Positions 1 through 9,075 of a stretch of DNA of 64,000 nucleotides are shown piece by piece. The notes under the pieces were generated by a model, which saw only the letters and a list, made by a program, of their open reading frames with translations, searched no databases and was not told where the DNA came from. Position numbers and translations under genes: made by a program. Position 1 is the stretch's first letter. Every line of letters starts with the position of its first letter. The DNA comes from Dehalococcoidales bacterium (lineage in GTDB: Bacteria > Chloroflexota > Dehalococcoidia > Dehalococcoidales > UBA5627): positions 209 to 64,208 of the forward strand of contig JAQTUQ010000007.1 of NCBI GenBank assembly GCA_028707255.1, given 5' to 3'.

Positions 1-403
1 TTACCGCATTATTCAACATATTATCGTTCATTGCCGGAGAAAGGATAACCGGAGCTCTAGTTGCTAGCACGGTACAGGCAAGCAGGTCGTCTGCCAGTCC
101 GCAGGCAAGTTTGGCAATTGTATTCGCTGTTGCCGGAGCGATGAGTATCAAATCGGCGGATTCGGATAAGGCTATGTGTTGAGATTTAAACTCGGTAACA
201 GGCTGCCACATATCGGTAAATACCTGCCTGCCGGTGATACTCTGCAAGGTAAGGGGAGTAATAAACCTGGTAGCGGATTCGGTCATAACGACATCGACGT
301 TAGCGCCGAGTTGACACAGCTTGCTGGCGATATCCGGCGCCTTGTAAGCTGATATACCTCCGGTAATACCCAAAAGTATTGTTTTATCTTTCAATATATC
401 CAT
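1..403 (-). CDS. coaBC: CoaBC (phosphopantothenoylcysteine decarboxylase / phosphopantothenate-cysteine ligase), N-terminal part; 3' end runs off the window
   Basis: Own reverse-strand translation from ATG (cat at 401-403): MDILKDKTILLGITGGISAYKAPDIASKL...LIAPATANTIAKLACGLADDLL...SPAMNDNM, the flavoprotein signature. Open to position 1, so absent from the ORF track. Confidence 0.85.
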   Translation of the reverse strand, partial: MDILKDKTILLGITGGISAYKAPDIASKLCQLGANVDVVMTESATRFITPLTLQSITGRQVFTDMWQPVTEFKSQHIALSESADLILIAPATANTIAKLACGLADDLLACTVLATRAPVILSPAMNDNMLNNAV

Positions 404-454
404 TAACTGTACCTGTTATCTTTTAATCAAAACACTATATTCGGCGCCGCTATT

Positions 455-527
455 GTTCGACAGGCTCACCCCGATTTCATCGGGATTTGGTCAATCTATT
501 TCCGCTCATCCTGAACTTGTCGAAGGA
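455..527. repeat. intergenic repeat modules (TTCGACAGGCTCACC / CCCCGATTTCATCGGG hairpin / CTTGTCGAAGGA)
   Basis: The same short modules recur at 33.49, 35.32-35.65, 55.34-55.50 and 63.09-63.18 kb. Confidence 0.6.
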
Positions 528-628
528 TAATGGTGGAAACAACTTCCGACCATAATTGATACATATTTCCGTCATCATACGTATAATTTATATTTAAGTC
601 TACCCTTAAAGGGCATTGTTCTGCAAGG

Positions 629-1396
629 TTATTCCCGGTTCATGCCATAAATTAGCCTCAAACCGATAAGGGTGAGATCGGGATTGACTTCATCGATTAC
701 TCCGGTTTCTCTGGCTATCAGACCGGCGAAACCGCCGGTAGCCACTACCTTTACCTTAACACCGATTTCCTTTTGCATACGCTGCACCATGCTTTCCACC
801 AGCCCCACATAACCGTAAACCACACCCGATTTCATGGCGTCAATGGTATTGGTGCCGATTACCTTGTTTGGCGGCGCCAGTTCGATTCTGGGTAACATAG
901 CAGCACGTTGAAAGAGAGCCTCGGCAGAGGAAAGGATTCCCGGAGCAATCGCCCCACCGAGATAATCGCCGTTCTTGGAAACGATTTCAAAAGTGGTTGC
1001 CGTTCCCATGTCCACTATTATCACCGGACCGCTGTAGAGATGATGAGCGGCAACGGCATCGACGATGCGGTCGGCGCCGACTTCTTTCGGATTATCCATA
1101 CGGATGCGCATGCCCGTTTTTACACCGGAAGCCACAATCAGCGGTGAAATATCGAAATAACGCTTTATCATGTCATCGAAAATGGAAGTCAGCGGAGGCA
1201 CGACGCTGCATAATGCCACTTCTTTGATATCCGATACTTCCAGCCCGCGACTCTTCAGGATACTTATAAGCAGAACAGCGTTTTCGTCAGCCGTGCGGTG
1301 AATCAAGGTGGTCATTTGAAAGGTAGTCTTCTTTTGCTCCCCGTCGAATACACCGACAGTAGTCTCCGTGTTCCCGATATCTATTGCTAATAACAT
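629..1396 (-). CDS. coaX: type III pantothenate kinase
   Basis: 255 aa. N-terminal MLLAIDIGNTETTVGVF and ...VDMGTATTF... match the CoaX/Baf family. Adjacent to coaBC. Confidence 0.9.
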   Translation of the reverse strand: MLLAIDIGNTETTVGVFDGEQKKTTFQMTTLIHRTADENAVLLISILKSRGLEVSDIKEVALCSVVPPLTSIFDDMIKRYFDISPLIVASGVKTGMRIRMDNPKEVGADRIVDAVAAHHLYSGPVIIVDMGTATTFEIVSKNGDYLGGAIAPGILSSAEALFQRAAMLPRIELAPPNKVIGTNTIDAMKSGVVYGYVGLVESMVQRMQKEIGVKVKVVATGGFAGLIARETGVIDEVNPDLTLIGLRLIYGMNRE

Positions 1397-1437
1397 ATAT
1401 TTTCGCCTCTGTAGAAGATAATTCCCTCTGTATTACT

Positions 1438-2976
1438 TCAACTTTCTTTCAATTTTTTGATTGCCTTCGGAATCACAGGCAGCAAATCGCCTGCCAGCAT
1501 TCCTGTATCGCCAAGTTCGGATTTTACTATTTCCGCGGCCTGCGCATGCAACCAGACACCCAGGCAGGCGGCGTTGAAATTATCCAACCCTTGCGCGCTT
1601 AACCCTGCGATGACTCCTGCCAGCACATCGCCGGTGCCGGCAGAGGCAAGCCCCGGATTGGCAAACGGTGAAACACGGCACCTGCCGTCAGCGGAAGCTA
1701 TAACCGTATAAGCTCCCTTAAGGACAACTGTTTTCCCCCATTTCCGGGCAAAAAGCATAGCTGTATCAACCCTGTTTGCCTGGATTTCTTCGACAGGAAT
1801 CCCCGTCAGCCTGGACATCTCACCAGGATGCGGCGTGAGAATAGCATCCATCATCAACTTCTGCCACCAATCGGTCGTTTTTGCCAGAACATTGAGGGCA
1901 TCGGCATCGATAACCAGCGGCATTATCGGCTTGTTACCAAACAGGACACCTCTTGTAAAATTAACGGTCATATCATGTTGCCCCAAGCCACACCCGATAA
2001 GCAACGTAGTATATTCATTTAAAGAAGACAATACGATAAAGGAAGCTTCGCCGGATACAACACATTTTACCGATTCCGAAAGCGGCAGATAGGTGACCTC
2101 ATTCAGTTTACCTGCCAGCACTGGTTGCAGATTGACCGGAATCGCCAGTGTAACCAGCCCGGCGCCGGCTCTCATGGCGCCGCTGCAAGACAGATATGCC
2201 GCCCCGCTATAATTTACGGAACCGGCAGCCGCCAGCACCTTGCCGAAAGTGCCCTTGTTGGCATTCAGCGGACGCTGCGGCAGTGCATTTTTAGCCCATT
2301 TTTCGGTTAAAAGCTCCAGTTTCACATCTCCTGCCATGTATTCGGGAATACCGATATCGACTACTATAATTGTTCCCGCTTTTTCCGGCCCTTTGCCGAT
2401 GAACAACCCCGTTTTGGGGAATCCGAGAGTTATGGTATAATCAGCGCTCAGGCATAAAGGGTCGCAACACCCGCTGTCGGCATCCATTCCCGATGGCAGA
2501 TCAATGGCTACTATCTTGAAGCCGGAATAATGCTTCTTTGCTTCGGAGACCTTGTGCAACGCTTCTTTATAAATACCCCAAATGGGGCGGTTGCTGCCGG
2601 TGCCGAACAGCGCATCTACGACGATATCCGCCGTACGCAGCAGATTACCCAGTTCATCGAGGTTTTTATATACCAGAATCCGGCTCTGGTTTACAAGTTT
2701 CAGGTTGGGGTCGTTTTCAGTCCTCTCTCCAAACAGGAACAGGTGTACTTTAGCTTCCCATCCGTCCAGATAGCGGGTGCAAACCAGCCCGTCGCCGCCG
2801 TTATTGCCCGGTCCGGCAAGAACAATGATATTCTTATTGAACGCCTCGCCCAGTATTTTACGGACCTCTACAGCCGCCTGCTTACCGGCGTTCTCCATCA
2901 GGGTTTCCATGGTGATACCCGACTTTTCGCATTCCTGCTCTGCCTGTTTCATAGAAACTGAAGTTAAGATTTTCAT
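1438..2976 (-). CDS. nnr: bifunctional NAD(P)H-hydrate epimerase / ADP-dependent dehydratase
   Basis: 512 aa. YjeF_N-like N-terminus (LAGPGNNGGDGLV) and carbohydrate-kinase C-terminus (GTGDVLAG). Confidence 0.9.
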   Translation of the reverse strand: MKILTSVSMKQAEQECEKSGITMETLMENAGKQAAVEVRKILGEAFNKNIIVLAGPGNNGGDGLVCTRYLDGWEAKVHLFLFGERTENDPNLKLVNQSRILVYKNLDELGNLLRTADIVVDALFGTGSNRPIWGIYKEALHKVSEAKKHYSGFKIVAIDLPSGMDADSGCCDPLCLSADYTITLGFPKTGLFIGKGPEKAGTIIVVDIGIPEYMAGDVKLELLTEKWAKNALPQRPLNANKGTFGKVLAAAGSVNYSGAAYLSCSGAMRAGAGLVTLAIPVNLQPVLAGKLNEVTYLPLSESVKCVVSGEASFIVLSSLNEYTTLLIGCGLGQHDMTVNFTRGVLFGNKPIMPLVIDADALNVLAKTTDWWQKLMMDAILTPHPGEMSRLTGIPVEEIQANRVDTAMLFARKWGKTVVLKGAYTVIASADGRCRVSPFANPGLASAGTGDVLAGVIAGLSAQGLDNFNAACLGVWLHAQAAEIVKSELGDTGMLAGDLLPVIPKAIKKLKES

Positions 2977-3044
2977 ATTTAATAATCCTATGGATAGAGT
3001 TTATCAATACCGCAATCGGGGGTCAATAGTAAAGATGCAAAAAT

Positions 3045-3115
3045 TGTCATTGCACATTCCCTATTTATCGGGATGAAGCAATCTCTACCGAATAGACTTA
3101 CTGTCAAAGACAGCG
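3045..3115. repeat. partial copy of repeat module A/C (TGTCATTGC...GGGATGAAGCAATCTCTACCGAATAGAC)
   Basis: Shares the GAAGCAATCTCTACCGAATAGAC core with the units at 25.79, 33.43, 34.12, 53.93 and 55.82 kb. Confidence 0.7.
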
Positions 3116-3153
3116 ATTAAATCCAATCGGGAATATCATCACTATGACATTCT

Positions 3154-3753
3154 TTATTCAAACCTGTTGCGATGAAGGATATCTTCCAGCTTGCGCTTGG
3201 GAACGTGGCGTACGCCTTCTGCGTCCACCCAGCGTTTTACCGATTCGTCGGCTGTTTCCAAAACGACCTTTTCGTCGGGATACCCCAGCGCCAGCATCGC
3301 CGCCACCTCGTATTTTGCAGGAGCGTTGATTATCTCTCCGACCTTCTTTTTATCAATTCCGGTCATAATACAGGTTGCCACCCCCTGCTCCAGAGCTACC
3401 AGCACCATATTTTCCAGTGCTATCCCTACATCTATAAAGGCATTCGACCTGCCACAGCCGCGTTCCTTTTCCAGTTCCAGATTGACGAGAACAACGATAT
3501 ATGCCAGCGGTTTCTTTTCGGGAGACCAACCCCCCGCCGGTTTGGAAACCCCTCCCCACAACACAACAGAATTCAGTATCCCGGCTAAAAGCTGCTTATC
3601 ATCAACTATAACATACTCGCATAACTGGCTGTTCATCGCCGTCGGCGCCAGGCGGGCGGCATCTATGCACCTCTCGAGGATTGAGTAATCAACCAGCTTT
3701 TCTTTAAAGATTCTTATCGAACGCCTGCTTATAACCGCATCATATACTTTCAT
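3154..3753 (-). CDS. nitroreductase family protein
   Basis: 199 aa. N-terminal RRSIRIFKEK and overall length fit the nitroreductase fold. Confidence 0.8.
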   Translation of the reverse strand: MKVYDAVISRRSIRIFKEKLVDYSILERCIDAARLAPTAMNSQLCEYVIVDDKQLLAGILNSVVLWGGVSKPAGGWSPEKKPLAYIVVLVNLELEKERGCGRSNAFIDVGIALENMVLVALEQGVATCIMTGIDKKKVGEIINAPAKYEVAAMLALGYPDEKVVLETADESVKRWVDAEGVRHVPKRKLEDILHRNRFE

Positions 3754-3871
3754 TGCACTTCTCCTTTTTGATAATTAAAATGTCGTTTTAGTTAGTCATG
3801 ACATATATAGTCATGAGAGGGATTTATCCCTCATGTCTTCAGGATGACTGAATAGAGACTATTATTATTTG

Positions 3872-4182
3872 CCATTACGAGAAGTCCCTCTACAATGTCT
3901 TTCTGAGCGCAGCGAAGAATCTCATATAAATTAAAAGGGACGAACGATTAAGCAATCCCTACCGGTTATTTTAACACTGCCATGCGGTCTATTTGGGAAA
4001 GGATTGCTTCGTCCGCCTGCAGCTCCCTCGCAAAGACATTCTGTAAATAAAGGCTGGAAGAGGCACTCCGCGATTCTCTCACTTTGAAAAAGGGAGATTA
4101 AGAGGGATTTTACAGTTTACCGGAATCGATAGAGCAATCAGCAGCAAATCTCCCTCACTCCCTCTTTTCCAAAGAGGGAAAG
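3872..4182. repeat. composite cluster of palindromic repeat modules
   Basis: 3881-4038 is the reverse complement of 25766-25923 (158 nt, high identity by eye). Also contains the hairpin CCCTCTTTtccaAAGAGGG. Confidence 0.8.
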
Positions 4183-4232
4183 TACCGCAAACGTTTACTT
4201 ATGCGCTATCCCAAATCCAAATTAATAATTTA

Positions 4233-4709
4233 CTATTCAATTTTAAACGAACTTATTTTATCCATCATAGCCTGCCAGTGGGTTCCTTTCCAGTAGATAC
4301 GACGACAGGTGGGACATTCCATGTATTTATCCTGCGTTTTATAAACATACGGCGGAATTCTTTCCTTTACTTCTTCCTTTTTTCGCTCTTCAAGCAACCC
4401 GTTACATTCCATGCAGCGGGTAAAGGGAGAAATGCAATCGCCGGTATGAAAAATGCGGAGAACCTGCCCGACCTGCACCTGTGCAATTTCACTGGTTAGA
4501 AGTACCGCCGACACCTTACCGGAAGTTATCAGCCGCCGCTTCATTATACCGGTATCGCGTGTTACAATGATGCGGTTTTCAGAGAGTGCGGCTGACACCA
4601 TTTCCGCATCGTCATCGCCTTTAAAGAATACCGTATCATAGCCCAGCATGCGCAGCCATTTTACCAGCTTACCCGCATTGCAATCGATTATAAATTTGAA
4701 AGCATTCAT
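4233..4709 (-). CDS. Mut7-C RNase (PIN-like) domain protein with C-terminal zinc ribbon
   Basis: 158 aa. FIIDCNAGKLVKWLRMLGYDT...IIVTRD... then CMECNGLL...CPTCRRIYW. Confidence 0.75.
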   Translation of the reverse strand: MNAFKFIIDCNAGKLVKWLRMLGYDTVFFKGDDDAEMVSAALSENRIIVTRDTGIMKRRLITSGKVSAVLLTSEIAQVQVGQVLRIFHTGDCISPFTRCMECNGLLEERKKEEVKERIPPYVYKTQDKYMECPTCRRIYWKGTHWQAMMDKISSFKIE

Positions 4710-4728
4710 CCGTCCCGCTCCCGGCAGG

Positions 4729-5502
4729 TTAGATTAGCATTTGCTTGCCTTCGAAAGCCATACTTATAGATATTTCCAGCTCTTCGGCAATTTCCTGTAA
4801 TTCTTTACGGATATTTTCTTCCAGCATATGATTCATATGCACCGTAACTACATCCGGTATATATCCTCTGGTATTCAGATGACAGACCAGTTCTTCTTTT
4901 AACAGGCAGGGACAGAGGTGACCTTTTTCACTACAGAACTTCGAGTATTCGTTAGAGGCGGTTACCTCCGTTATCAGCAATTTGGTAGAAACTTTTTCCC
5001 AGCAAGCGGATAATCCCGGCCCTGTATCCCCGCTATAAAAGAAGGACTTGCCTCCCTTTCCCGAAATACGGTAACCAACGGCAGGTACCGAATGCGGTAC
5101 GGGGACAGGAATAATCGAATAACCCTCGACCTGAAACTTGAGATAGGGTTTTACCGGGCACAACCTGACCGTTACCTTGCCGTTGCCGTTCACCTTGAGG
5201 AAATCAGGATAGAGGCTGCCACCCAGCAAGTTGCCGCCAATCGCCTCTGCCGTGCTTTCGAGGCAGTAGATATCTATCGTTGTGCCGTTTAATGAGCGGT
5301 TCATGGCTAAAAGAGGCAGGTCTTTTACATGGTCGTAGTGCCGGTGTGTTATCAACACAGCCTTGAGACCCAACTGCTCGGAAAGCGTCAGGCTGGATGT
5401 CAGCCCTCCGGCATCCAGAGCCAGCACGTCATCCACCAGCAAGCCGGAGAGCCTGGTATCTCTGGTCTCGGTATTATGCGCGCCTAAAAATCTTATTTTC
5501 AC
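4729..5502 (-). CDS. MBL-fold metallo-hydrolase (resembles class II cyclic-nucleotide phosphodiesterases)
   Basis: 257 aa. LALDAGG...VLITHRHYDHVKDLP motif. Confidence 0.75.
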   Translation of the reverse strand: MKIRFLGAHNTETRDTRLSGLLVDDVLALDAGGLTSSLTLSEQLGLKAVLITHRHYDHVKDLPLLAMNRSLNGTTIDIYCLESTAEAIGGNLLGGSLYPDFLKVNGNGKVTVRLCPVKPYLKFQVEGYSIIPVPVPHSVPAVGYRISGKGGKSFFYSGDTGPGLSACWEKVSTKLLITEVTASNEYSKFCSEKGHLCPCLLKEELVCHLNTRGYIPDVVTVHMNHMLEENIRKELQEIAEELEISISMAFEGKQMLI

Positions 5503-5532
5503 AGCTTCTCCGCTTCCCGGAAAGCGACTGAT

Positions 5533-6192
5533 TTACAATTTGAACGGATTGAAATCGGTATCCCTGTCATAAGTATCTACATTCTCTTTTCTCTTTAAAT
5601 AATTGACCGTTTTATAGGTTACGGGTGTCGCCAGCGCTTCGATAGCTACCTTTATCAGCCAGTGATACAGTATCATCAGGGGAACAAAGGATGCCGTGCC
5701 GATGTAGGCGATAACAATAAACAGAGCCGTATCCAGTCCCTGTCCGAATACCGTTGAGCCGATAGTGCGCGCCCAAAGCCAGCGACCCTTTGTAGCCACT
5801 TTCATTTTTGCCATGATAAAGGAGTTGACGAATTCCCCCACCAGGTAACCGCAAACAGAGGCTAACAGCAATCTCGGAGCATATCCCAGAATGCTTTCGT
5901 ACGCCTGCTGATCATTCCAGAAAGAAGCGGCAGGCAGCAGTTGACCCAGATATGCAAAGACGACGAATATCAGGTTACAGGCAAAACCCAGCCAGATTAC
6001 GCGGCGCGCCCAGCGGTAGCCGTAAACCTCGGTCAGGATGTCACCGAAGATATAGCTTAAAGGGAAGATGATTATTGCCGCCGGCATTACCACGGAGCCG
6101 AATCCGATAACTTTAACGGCGATTATGTTGGCGGTTATCAGGCAGGTAATATAAACTGCGCTGATTATGACAAACCGGTGCGTTACGTTCAT
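5533..6192 (-). CDS. yhhQ: queuosine-precursor transporter (YhhQ/VUT family)
   Basis: 219 aa polytopic membrane protein. ANIIAVKVI...FPLSYIFGDILTEVYGY is typical of YhhQ. Confidence 0.8.
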   Translation of the reverse strand: MNVTHRFVIISAVYITCLITANIIAVKVIGFGSVVMPAAIIIFPLSYIFGDILTEVYGYRWARRVIWLGFACNLIFVVFAYLGQLLPAASFWNDQQAYESILGYAPRLLLASVCGYLVGEFVNSFIMAKMKVATKGRWLWARTIGSTVFGQGLDTALFIVIAYIGTASFVPLMILYHWLIKVAIEALATPVTYKTVNYLKRKENVDTYDRDTDFNPFKL

Positions 6193-6222
6193 TGATAAAA
6201 ACCTTTCTTTGGCAGAAACGGA

Positions 6223-7170
6223 TTAAATAACTCGCAACTTGCGCAGAAGCAGAAGGACGCCTAAAATAATGGTCAGCATCAGCCCGAAAACTATAAAAAC
6301 GGCATAGTCTGACTCGGCAAACGGCATATCGATATTCATGCCGTATAAACTGCCAACCACGGTTACAGGCAGCATAACCGTAGCAATAATCGTAAGTATT
6401 CTGATGGTTTCGTTAGTGCGATTGGTTGCCATGGAATCATGAGTATAGTTCAGACCTTCGATGATTTCCTTGTATTCATCCAGCCCGTCCCAGATTCTGT
6501 CGAGGTGGTCGACCATATCGCCGAAATAGACCGACATATCTATGTTTATAAAACGGTGGATTCGAGGCTCGAGCCGTCCGACAACCGCCCGCATCGGCCA
6601 GATTATACGGCGAAAGGCAATCACATCCCGGCGCAGACGGGATATCTCTCGAATAATCTGCCCCCTGCGCTCAGCAAGAATATTATCCTCAACGTCTTCG
6701 ATTCCGTCGCTGACCTTATTAAGTATCGGCTGGCAGTAATCGACAAGGCGGTCGAGTATGCGATACAGCAGAAAACCCGGCCCCTGCCCCAGGTACTCTT
6801 CACGCGATTCCTCATCGAGTTCGCATTCCCTGAAAAGTTTCACCAGCGGTTTTAAAACACCTTTATGTATCGTAATCAGGTAATCCTGCCCGATGAAAAC
6901 CGATATCTGGCTGGAGATGAGAACCTTTTCTTCTTTGCTGTAGATGGGGAAGTGGAAAACGATAAACAGGTAATCTTTATATTCGTCAATCTTGGGTCGC
7001 TGGCGGCGGCTTAAGGTATCGTCGAGGTCGAGCGGATGGAAATGATAATTTTCTGCCAGATAATCGATTTCACTTTGACCCGGAGGAGCGATATCTATCC
7101 AGGTCATACCCTTCCAGTCCAGTGTATCCAAATTCAATTTTTCTTCATTGACTTTCTGAACTTCTGCCAT
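6223..7170 (-). CDS. corA: magnesium/cobalt transporter CorA
   Basis: 315 aa with the YGMN motif (LYGMNIDMPF) before the last TM helix. Confidence 0.9.
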   Translation of the reverse strand: MAEVQKVNEEKLNLDTLDWKGMTWIDIAPPGQSEIDYLAENYHFHPLDLDDTLSRRQRPKIDEYKDYLFIVFHFPIYSKEEKVLISSQISVFIGQDYLITIHKGVLKPLVKLFRECELDEESREEYLGQGPGFLLYRILDRLVDYCQPILNKVSDGIEDVEDNILAERRGQIIREISRLRRDVIAFRRIIWPMRAVVGRLEPRIHRFINIDMSVYFGDMVDHLDRIWDGLDEYKEIIEGLNYTHDSMATNRTNETIRILTIIATVMLPVTVVGSLYGMNIDMPFAESDYAVFIVFGLMLTIILGVLLLLRKLRVI

Positions 7171-7482
7171 AAAGCCGTTTCCTTCGTAAGATAAACCTGA
7201 TTATTCTATCACATACTTTGCCGTTTAGCACCTGAATTGCTATAATAATGCTACAGAATTTAGTACTATATTATATTTTACTCCAATTTATTATTAAAAA
7301 TGCAACATCTTCCTTTAAGAAACCGCATAGTAATCAATATCAAAAAAGCGCTCGGAATGAACGTAATCCTGTGCAACAGCTGCAAGTGGAACTGGCGGAA
7401 TGCCTGTCATAACAGGGAACGCCCCAAAGCTGTTTATTGCCGGGAATACGAGAAGAAGTAGCGTTTGTTATCTTGTTTGTAT

Positions 7483-7511
7483 TTGACAACAGACCTGCAG
7501 GACAATACAAT
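7483..7511 (+). promoter_or_regulatory. sigma70-type promoter for the tRNA
   Basis: TTGACA (7483-7488), 17-nt spacer, TACAAT (7506-7511), about 30 nt upstream of the tRNA 5' end. Confidence 0.55.
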
Positions 7512-7541
7512 ATTTCAGGTAACAGAATAAGTTTTAAGCGT

Positions 7542-7613
7542 GGCAGCGTAGCTCAGAGGTAGAGCAGGGGACTCATAAGCCCTTGGTCACTGGTTCAATT
7601 CCAGTCGCTGCTA
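7542..7613 (+). tRNA. tRNA with CAU anticodon (elongator Met or lysidine-dependent Ile2); CCA not encoded
   Basis: Hand-folded cloverleaf. Acceptor GGCAGCG/CGCTGCT (G1-U72), D arm GCTC-AGAGGTA-GAGC, anticodon loop CTCATAA, T arm ACTGG-TTCAATT-CCAGT, discriminator A. Confidence 0.85.
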
Positions 7614-7695
7614 CTTTTTTATTCCTCTCAGAAACCGTGTCCTCAAATAACCAAAGAACTCTGACTGATTAATAACAGAATAAATATTTATGTAA

Positions 7696-8028
7696 TTAAG
7701 GTAAATTACAGAAAGCCAGTATCACCAATACTAACCACACAGCTGCAAAAAACATCGGGACAATATAAGTATGGTCAGCGTTGCTCTTATCTACTGTTCC
7801 TTTGGGATGCCAAAATAAGTTCCACATACTACCAAACATTTTCAATATCAAGAATAGAATATTACCCATGTCCATTTGTTCTTTTTCAATATCATATATT
7901 TTTTTATAGGGTGGTTTATCTCCAGCTTCAAGCGGTAGAGCTAATTCTTTTTCTTCCAAGGTACTGATATATAATTTGATCTTACAGATTATCCCAGTAT
8001 TTAGATAGTTTGTTGCAGCAAAAAGCAT
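7696..8028 (-). CDS. hypothetical membrane protein (possibly the 3' part of a frameshifted gene)
   Basis: 110-aa ORF in an AT-rich region. Its frame stays open upstream to 8175 and reads a TM-like segment HYIGIYWGYTIAGFVLS. Confidence 0.4.
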   Translation of the reverse strand: MLFAATNYLNTGIICKIKLYISTLEEKELALPLEAGDKPPYKKIYDIEKEQMDMGNILFLILKMFGSMWNLFWHPKGTVDKSNADHTYIVPMFFAAVWLVLVILAFCNLP

Positions 8029-8219
8029 AGATAAAACGAATCCTGCAATTGTATAGCCCCAATATATACCAATATAGTGCCCATTCCGGTTATCAGAGCC
8101 CCAAAAGCGGCAAGTAGGAAAGCTGTTGCCACAAGAAAAAAGTTTAACCTTTGAAATAGAAGTTTTACATTTCGATCAAGAAGGTCAATTGCTTTTTCAT
8201 AAGCCGTTTCATATTTCAC
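8001..8219 (-). CDS. hypothetical membrane protein (possibly the 5' part of a frameshifted gene)
   Basis: 72-aa ORF that overlaps 7696..8028 by 28 nt in another frame. Confidence 0.4.
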   Translation of the reverse strand: MKYETAYEKAIDLLDRNVKLLFQRLNFFLVATAFLLAAFGALITGMGTILVYIGAIQLQDSFYLCFLLQQTI

Positions 8220-8360
8220 TTTAAACCCCCCTTAATGAAGACCTCATATATTAGCGAATTTTACTCCGTGATTTGACCGATATCAATGGTTTTATCCCAA
8301 TAAGTACATAAACTATGCTATAATTTCCTACAAATTCCTTTCATTGGAGGAATAACTGTT

Positions 8361-9026
8361 ATGACAGCAGATGAATTCCTGAATATATTCTCAGCAGTTC
8401 TCGAACACGATACAGGTGCCTTAAAATGGGGCAATCCTGAACCGTGGATTCACGCTGAACTTTTTGCAGAATTCAATAGGCAATCTAATAAGACTCACTT
8501 AATACCCTTTGATAGCGAAGTTCCTTATGTCACACGTTTCCCTGTTTTGCCTCGTAAAGAAAATCACAAACACTGGAAGTATGCCGACCTTTGCCTATTA
8601 TCTGATACTGGAAATGATTGGTTTTGGTTTGAATTTAAAGTACGTCCAGTGGGGACTCCAAATAGAGATATCATAGCTTCTAAAGGAGCGAGAGATCAAT
8701 TTCGTAAAGACATAATAGCTTTACTAGGTTTCGAAGCCCAAGGCACAGCTGAACTTTGGGAAAATGAGCTAAATGTAAAATCTTACTGGACAGATAAATA
8801 CCTAAAACCACTTAAAGATAATGTTGGTAGTGGAATACATCATTTTTATTCAATTTTTTTGCAAATAGGCGGGGAACTTAATAAACAAATATGGGACATT
8901 GACGCATTAAAAAAGGAACTCAGTAACTGGTGTATTACACGAGGTGGATATGGTGATGAAACCCAGTGTATTAATTTATATAATGTAAATTTAGACGGTT
9001 ACTGTTTGGTTCTGGCTTATTGGTAA
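8361..9026 (+). CDS. hypothetical protein, possible PD-(D/E)xK nuclease fold
   Basis: 221 aa with RBS GGAGGA upstream. HAELFAEF ... YADLCLL ... WFWFEFKV gives an E / D / ExK arrangement. Confidence 0.6.
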   Translation: MTADEFLNIFSAVLEHDTGALKWGNPEPWIHAELFAEFNRQSNKTHLIPFDSEVPYVTRFPVLPRKENHKHWKYADLCLLSDTGNDWFWFEFKVRPVGTPNRDIIASKGARDQFRKDIIALLGFEAQGTAELWENELNVKSYWTDKYLKPLKDNVGSGIHHFYSIFLQIGGELNKQIWDIDALKKELSNWCITRGGYGDETQCINLYNVNLDGYCLVLAYW

Positions 9027-9075
9027 TTTTTATATTTAGACAGATAATATTTGAGGCTGTAACTCATTATATCAC

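Noticed and set aside
1457-2961. Multiple plus-strand ORFs (61-143 aa) inside nnr
   Set aside because: Antisense shadows of a well-supported 512-aa gene.
6193-7330. Looked for a preQ1 riboswitch before yhhQ and an M-box before corA
   Set aside because: The yhhQ-corA spacer is only 30 nt with no preQ1-like stem or A-rich tail. The corA leader shows no recognisable M-box conserved blocks by eye.
7321-7416. 31-aa minus-strand ORF (MTGIPPVPLAAVAQDYVHSERFFDIDYYAVS) between corA and the tRNA
   Set aside because: No RBS, no recognisable family, and very short.
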